Below are positions 58,343 through 64,000 of a stretch of DNA of 64,000 bases, piece by piece. The stretch spans positions 101,269 through 165,268 of the forward strand of contig JBAZKH010000003.1 in NCBI GenBank assembly GCA_041650935.1, read 5' to 3'. Under the pieces are notes generated by a model. It was not told the DNA's origin. It was given only the letters and a program-made list of their open reading frames with translations, and searched no databases. The position numbers and the translations under genes are program-made. Every line of letters starts with the position of its first letter. Position 1 is the stretch's first letter. The DNA comes from Candidatus Omnitrophota bacterium (GTDB lineage: Bacteria > Omnitrophota > Gorgyraeia > 2-01-FULL-45-10).

Positions 58343-59206
58343 TCATTTCTTTTTGTGGAGAAACAGGTCTGCGGTCACATTGATCGCGAAACTTATAACA
58401 AATAACACTATGCCGATGGCAAACAAAGCAAAATAATGCTCGCTGCCCACCACCGCCTCGCCCATCTCCGCGGCGACTGTCGCCGTCAACGTCCTGACAG
58501 GGGCAAGTATGCTCTGCGGGATCACGGCGGCATTACCCGTGATCATCATGACCGCCATCGTCTCGCCTATCACGCGGCCTATCCCCAGCATCACTGCCGC
58601 AAGTATCCCGCTCGACGCGGCGGGAAGCATCACTCTGCGTATCGTCTGCCAGTGTGTGGCCCCGAGAGCAAAGGCGCCCTCTTTATAACTCTTAGGCACG
58701 GAGTAAAGGGCGTCCTCGGCAATAGAAACGATCGTCGGCATTGCCATGAACGCAAGCATTATCGAGCCCGATAAAGCCGTCAGCCCCGTCGGCAGATGAA
58801 ATAAACTTTTCACAAGCGGAACGAGCGTAACCATTCCTATGAATCCCAAAACAACGCTCGGTATTGCCGCCAGGAGTTCTATCCCCGCCTTCAAAACTTC
58901 TTTTGACCTTGCAGGAGCGATCTCGGCTATGTACACCGCGCAGCCAACACCTATCGGAATAGAAATTATGGCGGCGCCCATAGTCACAAGGAGGGATCCG
59001 AGTATGAGCGGAAGTATGCCAAGCTGAGGCGGTTCGGAGATAGGGTACCAGCTCTTGCCCAGTAAAAATTCGGGTAATCTTATAAACTTGAATAACGCGA
59101 GACCTTCTTTGAGAAGAAAGAGAAAGATAATCGCAACGATAAATATCGACACCATGCCGCAGATAAGTATAAGCTTCTCTATGATAAACTCTTTGAATTT
59201 ACGCAT
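58343..59206 (-). CDS. pstC: Phosphate ABC transporter permease PstC
   Basis: 287 aa and 6 TM helices. Confidence 0.85.
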   Translation of the reverse strand: MRKFKEFIIEKLILICGMVSIFIVAIIFLFLLKEGLALFKFIRLPEFLLGKSWYPISEPPQLGILPLILGSLLVTMGAAIISIPIGVGCAVYIAEIAPARSKEVLKAGIELLAAIPSVVLGFIGMVTLVPLVKSLFHLPTGLTALSGSIMLAFMAMPTIVSIAEDALYSVPKSYKEGAFALGATHWQTIRRVMLPAASSGILAAVMLGIGRVIGETMAVMMITGNAAVIPQSILAPVRTLTATVAAEMGEAVVGSEHYFALFAIGIVLFVISFAINVTADLFLHKKK

Positions 59207-59219
59207 TTATAAACTCTGG

Positions 59220-59243
59220 TAGCTGACGTTTAAACGTCAGCTA
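59220..59243. repeat. TTTAAA-loop hairpin element (copy B) between pstS and pstC, with AGTTATCCACAATG flank
   Basis: tagctgacgTTTAAAcgtcagcta followed by cattgtggataact. This is the reverse complement of the flank at copy A. Confidence 0.7.
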
Positions 59244-59255
59244 CATTGTGGATAA

Positions 59256-60110
59256 CTATTTACTTACCGGCACAAAGTCGGTTGCGAGCACTATCTCCTG
59301 CCCTTCCTTAGAGAGGCAGAAATCTACAAATTTTTTCACGAGCCCGCGGGGCTGGCCGTTTGTATAGATAAATAACGGCCTCGATATCGGATATTTGCCG
59401 CTTATGACATTCTCTATCGTAGGCGCTTCATACTCCGGTCTGCCGTCTCCGGCTATCCAGACGGGTTTCTGCTTAGCGGAGACGTATCCCATACCGTAAT
59501 ACCCTATAGCATCGGGGTTACCGGCCACTTCGTCGGCGATCGCCTGGGAGGATGAGAGCATAAGCGCTGTCGGCGCAAACTCTTCTTTGGAATTTGGGTC
59601 GTTTTTTCTCAAGACGTGTTCTTTAAAATATACATGCGTCCCGGAATTGACCTCACGCGATAATAGAACAATGGTTCCGTTATTACCTCCGAGATCTTTC
59701 CAGTTTTTTACCCTGCCTGTAAAGATATCCGCAAGCTGCGCCACGGTAAGTTTTCCGATCGGGTTCTTTGGGTTCACCACTACCGCTAGTCCGTCCAGGG
59801 CCGCCTTTATTTCGTTCGGATTTATCCCTTTTTTGTTCGCCAGCGCGACCTCCTTCTCTTTTATGTTCCTGGAGCTCATCGCGACGTCGCAAGTGCCGCT
59901 GATAAGGCTGGATAGCCCTGTCCCGGAACCTCCGCCGGTAACGGCAACGAAATCACCCGGGTTCGCCTCCATATATCGTTCCGCCCACGCCTGGCCCAGA
60001 TTCACCATCGTATCGGAGCCTTTGACTTGTATCGAATTTTTCGCAGGCGCCGCATATGCTGAAGCCGCGAAGAAACTTATAACAAAAAATACGATCCATT
60101 TTTTAGACAT
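59256..60110 (-). CDS. pstS: Phosphate-binding protein PstS
   Basis: Signal peptide (MSKKWIVFFVISFFAASAYA) then a periplasmic-binding fold with SGTGLSSL... The start was chosen at the internal Met. Confidence 0.85.
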   Translation of the reverse strand: MSKKWIVFFVISFFAASAYAAPAKNSIQVKGSDTMVNLGQAWAERYMEANPGDFVAVTGGGSGTGLSSLISGTCDVAMSSRNIKEKEVALANKKGINPNEIKAALDGLAVVVNPKNPIGKLTVAQLADIFTGRVKNWKDLGGNNGTIVLLSREVNSGTHVYFKEHVLRKNDPNSKEEFAPTALMLSSSQAIADEVAGNPDAIGYYGMGYVSAKQKPVWIAGDGRPEYEAPTIENVISGKYPISRPLFIYTNGQPRGLVKKFVDFCLSKEGQEIVLATDFVPVSK

Positions 60111-60187
60111 ACCATTCCCCCTTTTTGCCAATATTATACTATCCCTGTATTAGATCTATATTAGGCAGGTGTAAAATCTATGTAAAA

Positions 60188-60853
60188 TCAGAATATCAGC
60201 TTCAGTTTCAAGCCGAGGATATTCGCGTCTGTCCAGCGCCCCGATTTCTTTGTGCTCTGCAGCATATAATAGATATCGCCTTTTAAGTTTTTCAGAAAGT
60301 CGAGCGATACCCCGGCAGCAAACCTATTTTTGTCCCATGCGGCATTATTCAGTTTAACAAAAACTTCGTTTGAGACATACGGCTGGATCCCGAGGGGCGT
60401 AAACTTCCACGGAGCCTTTATGAGCAATCTGTTGCGGTATTGCACGCTATCTTCCCTTTTGTCATCGAACAGCTTGAGAGCAAAGCGGTTCCTGTCTTCA
60501 AGCTTGAATCCATAAAGCTCGTATTTTGGGGTTATATTCAGGTAAGGATAGTATTCCGGCTTAAACTTCCCCTTCTCCCCTTCATATATCTGCCGGTAGT
60601 TGATGCTCGTGGTCAAATATTTATTGACGTCATAGGCCAGTCCGAGGTCGTAATGATGATAATAAAGCTCGCCCGCACTATCACCGTAGCGGAACTCTTC
60701 CTCCGCAAGTAACTTTGTTCCTTCTTTCAGATTGACATCCTGTACTTCAGTGTGCCATATCTGAAAGTCACCGTCTGTGTAACCGTAAAGATCGCAGTTT
60801 AATGCTTCCAGGCACAAAACCAACAACGCCGATCTAACTATATTCCTAAACAT
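60188..60853 (-). CDS. Outer-membrane beta-barrel protein (DUF2490-like), between pstS and phoR
   Basis: 221 aa. Signal peptide, an alternating amphipathic pattern and a C-terminal aromatic residue (...LKLIF). Confidence 0.55.
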   Translation of the reverse strand: MFRNIVRSALLVLCLEALNCDLYGYTDGDFQIWHTEVQDVNLKEGTKLLAEEEFRYGDSAGELYYHHYDLGLAYDVNKYLTTSINYRQIYEGEKGKFKPEYYPYLNITPKYELYGFKLEDRNRFALKLFDDKREDSVQYRNRLLIKAPWKFTPLGIQPYVSNEVFVKLNNAAWDKNRFAAGVSLDFLKNLKGDIYYMLQSTKKSGRWTDANILGLKLKLIF

Positions 60854-60948
60854 ACTCTCTCCTCCTTTTTACAAAGGAGTATAGACTATCAGCATTAAAT
60901 TCATTTCAAGGGTAAGTAAAATGTAGGTAAAACTGTTTTTGGTAAATC

Positions 60949-62724
60949 CTATGACCGGGGAAGCGTAAGCCGGAACTTCGACCCGAAACCTTCGACGCTC
61001 TCTACGCCGGCATCGCCGCCATGCAGTTCGATAATGTGTTTGACGATCGACAGTCCGAGACCGGTTCCACCGAGCTCACGCGATCGCGCCTTGTCGACAC
61101 GGTAGAACCGTTCGAATATACGCGGGATATCTTTCTCAGGGATACCGATGCCGGAATCTTCCACTATAATGTTTACCGCATCAGCCGTCTTACCGGCATA
61201 TATCCTGATAGAGCCTTTCTCTTTATTGAACTTTATTGCGTTATCTATAAGGTTCGTAAATACCTGCTCCATCTTATTTTTATCCGCCTCGATGGCGAGG
61301 CCCGGCGCCAGTTCGTTTCTTATCTCGACGCCCCTCTTCTTTATCTGCGACGTAAAACCAAGGATAACCTTATCGGCCAGTTCCTTCAGGTCGAGCGTTT
61401 CTTTTTTGAGACGGATCTCCCGCGATTCAAGATATGATAAGGCAAGGAGATCGTTTACCAGGATGTCGAGCCTGTCCGTATGCTCCTGCACTATTTTTAA
61501 AAAACTCCGGCCGTTTGCCCTATCGTCGATAGCGCCTTCCAGGAGCGTCTCTACAAAACCCTTTATCGAGGTAAGCGGCGTCTTCAATTCGTGCGAGACG
61601 TTAGCCACAAAATCCCTGCGCACCGTCTCCAGCCTCCTGGTCTCGGTAACATCGTGTATTACGGCTACGCATCCGCTTATTGCGTCATCGCTGAAGACGG
61701 GCGTAGCGCTCACTTCGAATATCTTTCGTACCGGATAGATAAGCGCTATCTCCCCGCGCACGGATTCACCATTTTTTAATGCATTACTTATTACCTTAGA
61801 AATATCATTATTGCGGATCGCTTCCAAAAGGAGCTTTCCTGCCACGTCGTATCCGGAAACAGCGAATATCTTTTCGATAGCGGTATTGATAGAAACGATG
61901 CGGCTCGTCTTATCGACGACTATGATACCCTCGATCATGCTGTCAAAGATCGCGGCAAGTTTCTGGTTCTGGTTCCCGATCTCGCGTACTTTGTTCTCTA
62001 TATCCCCGGCCATCTTATTAATGGTAGCTGCAAGCTCTCCGATCTCGTCCTCAGAGACCTGGAACACTCTCTTCGTAAAATCACCTTCGGAAAATTTGCG
62101 CGAGACCTCGATCATCTTATTGATAGGGCCGGTAGTCCTGGCAGCCAGTATCGATCCCAGGATAAACGCAAAGCACAGGGCAAAGAACAATCCGACGAAG
62201 ACTATCTCTCTGATAGTCAATAATGTCTTCCGTACGCTGACGAGCGGAAGCGCCAATCTCAATATGCCTAAGATCCTATTATTATCTCTTACAGGCAAGG
62301 CCGCGTACAGCATATCGATCTTGAGCGTCGGAGAATACCGTATATCGATGCCGGTATTTCCGGCCATGGCAGTCCTTATTTCGGAGCGGTTGCTGTGATT
62401 CTCCATCTGCAAAACATTTTCTTCCGTCTTTTCGGAATCGGCGAGAACTTTTCCGCCCGTATCGATTATGGTAACGCGGGCGCCGGCCTTCGGACCCAGG
62501 TTCCTGGCCAACGCTTCCAGATAAAAGATATCCCCTTTGATGATTTTTTCCGGAATGATCTGGCTCTCGATCAGTTGCGCCTGGCTGACAAGAGAGGATT
62601 TGATATTATGGAGCGAATTCTCTTCGAGGCTTCTGTCCAGAAAGAAAGATATGAGTGCAAAAGGAATCAGGATAACAACGACATAGGACAGTATCAATTT
62701 AATACCGAAACTTTTAATCTTCAT
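60949..62724 (-). CDS. phoR: Phosphate regulon sensor histidine kinase PhoR (TM, HAMP, PAS, HisKA, HATPase_c)
   Basis: H-box VSHELKTPLTSI and G-boxes DSGIGI...GGTGLGLSIV. Start at MKIKSFGIK. Confidence 0.85.
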   Translation of the reverse strand: MKIKSFGIKLILSYVVVILIPFALISFFLDRSLEENSLHNIKSSLVSQAQLIESQIIPEKIIKGDIFYLEALARNLGPKAGARVTIIDTGGKVLADSEKTEENVLQMENHSNRSEIRTAMAGNTGIDIRYSPTLKIDMLYAALPVRDNNRILGILRLALPLVSVRKTLLTIREIVFVGLFFALCFAFILGSILAARTTGPINKMIEVSRKFSEGDFTKRVFQVSEDEIGELAATINKMAGDIENKVREIGNQNQKLAAIFDSMIEGIIVVDKTSRIVSINTAIEKIFAVSGYDVAGKLLLEAIRNNDISKVISNALKNGESVRGEIALIYPVRKIFEVSATPVFSDDAISGCVAVIHDVTETRRLETVRRDFVANVSHELKTPLTSIKGFVETLLEGAIDDRANGRSFLKIVQEHTDRLDILVNDLLALSYLESREIRLKKETLDLKELADKVILGFTSQIKKRGVEIRNELAPGLAIEADKNKMEQVFTNLIDNAIKFNKEKGSIRIYAGKTADAVNIIVEDSGIGIPEKDIPRIFERFYRVDKARSRELGGTGLGLSIVKHIIELHGGDAGVESVEGFGSKFRLTLPRS

Positions 62725-63403
62725 CCTCGAACCTGTACCCATAGTTTTTCACGGTAATTATGTACTTTGCCGCACCTTTAAGTTTCTTCCGGAGCGTCCT
62801 TATGTGCACATCTACCGTTCTTGTCTGTATCTCCGATGCCTGGTCGAATCCCCAGATAGCGTCGAGGAGATAATCCCGCGAAAGGACCCTGCCTTTCGCT
62901 TTTATCAATGTTTTTAGAAGTTCGAACTCTTTTGAGGTAAGTTCTGCCGGCCTGCCTTTAACCGTTACCGCTATCCTGGAAAAATCTACGCTCATATCGC
63001 CCACGCTCAACATCTCGGGCAATCGCTCTTTTCCCCGCCTAAGCACGGCCTTTATGCGGGCAACAAGCTCCCGCGGACTAAAAGGTTTCGTCACATAATC
63101 GTCCGCCCCCAGTTCCAGGCCCACAACCTTATCGGACTCCTGCGACTTGGCCGTGAGCATTATAATAGGTATGGATGAGGTCTTGCGCTCCGTTTTAAGC
63201 GTTTTACATACTTCCAGGCCGTCCATGCCGGGCAGCATCAGGTCCAGGAGAATGAGCCCCGGGCATTCTTTACCTGCTATCTTTATAGCTTCCTCCCCGT
63301 TACGCGCGGATAGAGTAGCATAGCCTTCTTTCTTGAGGTTATACTCAAGCATCTTCACTATATCTTTTTCGTCCTCGACTATCAGTATCTTCTCTTTTGC
63401 CAT
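62714..63403 (-). CDS. phoB: Phosphate regulon response regulator PhoB (OmpR family)
   Basis: Receiver domain (ILIVEDE...LILLDLMLPG...MLTAK) plus a winged-helix trans_reg_C domain (TVDVHIRTLRKKL). Start at MAKEKIL. Confidence 0.85.
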   Translation of the reverse strand: MAKEKILIVEDEKDIVKMLEYNLKKEGYATLSARNGEEAIKIAGKECPGLILLDLMLPGMDGLEVCKTLKTERKTSSIPIIMLTAKSQESDKVVGLELGADDYVTKPFSPRELVARIKAVLRRGKERLPEMLSVGDMSVDFSRIAVTVKGRPAELTSKEFELLKTLIKAKGRVLSRDYLLDAIWGFDQASEIQTRTVDVHIRTLRKKLKGAAKYIITVKNYGYRFEDED

Positions 63404-63404
63404 T

Positions 63405-64000
63405 TTAACCCGCCGCGATAACGCCCAGGATGACCAGGGCAAGGATTATCCTGTAGATTACAAATATATTCAGGCTCGACCTTCTGACAAATCGTAACAG
63501 GAAGTGTATTGCCGCGAAACCGCTGATAGCAGACGATATCACACCTGCCCAGAAAGCTGTATTGAAATCGGATGGATGAAATTTCGGAAGTTTTAATACG
63601 GCGGCCGCGAATACGATAGGCGCGGCCAAAAGGAAAGAGAATCTCGCCGCGGCCTCGCGGGATAATCCCTCGAAGAGCCCGGCGCTCATCGTTATGCCCG
63701 AACGCGAAACACCGGGGATTATGGCTATCGCCTGGGCAATGCCTATTACAAGGCTCTCTTTCAGGCCCAGGTCATCCAGGCCTTTTACCTTCCGCCCGAA
63801 CCGGTCCGCAAACCACAGGACCACTGCGAATATCGCGAGCATCGCCATTATTACCGACGGGGACCTGAAGACAGACTCCGCTTTCTCTTCCAGGGCAAGC
63901 CCGGCAAGCGCGGCGGGTATTGTGCCCGCCATAAGATACCACAAGATATTGCTCTTACGCGGGCTTTTTTTTGCAAAGGCCGAAGTAATTATCCCGATCC
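63405..64000 (-). CDS. uppP: Undecaprenyl-diphosphate phosphatase UppP/BacA (N-terminus beyond window end)
   Basis: The C-terminal half includes the PGVSRSGITM motif. The ORF is open to the window edge. Confidence 0.7.
   Translation of the reverse strand, partial: IGIITSAFAKKSPRKSNILWYLMAGTIPAALAGLALEEKAESVFRSPSVIMAMLAIFAVVLWFADRFGRKVKGLDDLGLKESLVIGIAQAIAIIPGVSRSGITMSAGLFEGLSREAAARFSFLLAAPIVFAAAVLKLPKFHPSDFNTAFWAGVISSAISGFAAIHFLLRFVRRSSLNIFVIYRIILALVILGVIAAG

Noticed and set aside
60132-60187. Pho box upstream of pstS
   Set aside because: The pstS upstream region was looked at for E. coli-type CTGTCAT direct repeats. No convincing match was seen, and the consensus for this lineage is unknown.
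1-64000. CRISPR arrays, integrases/transposases, rRNA genes
   Set aside because: No array of regularly spaced direct repeats was seen. No recombinase/transposase-like ORF and no rRNA-like sequence were recognised. The repeat families found are short isolated hairpins, not spacer-repeat arrays.

Overview
This is a 64 kb chromosomal window from a bacterium of about 50% GC, probably an uncultivated lineage. It is densely coded, mostly on the minus strand. Housekeeping and metabolic modules: (1) dnaX-recR; (2) a four-subunit pyruvate:ferredoxin oxidoreductase operon porGDAB; (3) a complete Pho regulon block with uppP (partial), phoB, phoR, an outer-membrane barrel protein, pstS, pstC, pstA, two tandem pstB, phoU, DUF47 and PiT; (4) an alpha-glucan cluster with a GT4 synthase, a DUF4912-like protein, two GH57 enzymes and an orphan receiver; (5) a six-gene formate-hydrogenlyase/complex-I-like membrane complex (HyfB-, HycD-, HyfE-, NuoN-, NuoCD- and NuoB-like) whose catalytic subunit lacks the C-terminal NiFe cysteine ligands, so it looks like an Ehr-type complex; (6) cstA and an MBL hydrolase; (7) a sugar-porter MFS plus OprB porin; (8) pilT followed by a PilZ protein; (9) c-di-GMP signalling genes, namely a histidine kinase with an EAL response regulator and a CHASE2-GGDEF cyclase; (10) a GT39/ArnT-like transferase with TPR repeats; (11) a putative glycoconjugate-modification locus holding an MFS transporter, a DegT aminotransferase, two FemAB-like GNAT paralogs, an alpha/beta hydrolase, a sensor kinase, two ArnE/F-like small EamA proteins and a PRTase. 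The most unusual features are a tRNA-Asn(GUU) gene interrupted by a 277-nt Azoarcus-like (IC3) group I intron, with an AT-rich accessory islet next to it carrying Fic, BrnT/BrnA, a nucleotidyltransferase pair and small secreted proteins. There are also several short intergenic repeat families: hairpins with a TTTAAA loop whose stems co-vary, a 50-nt element that sits just after stop codons, and a roughly 180-bp palindrome made of 8-9-nt tandem units between phoU and pstB.
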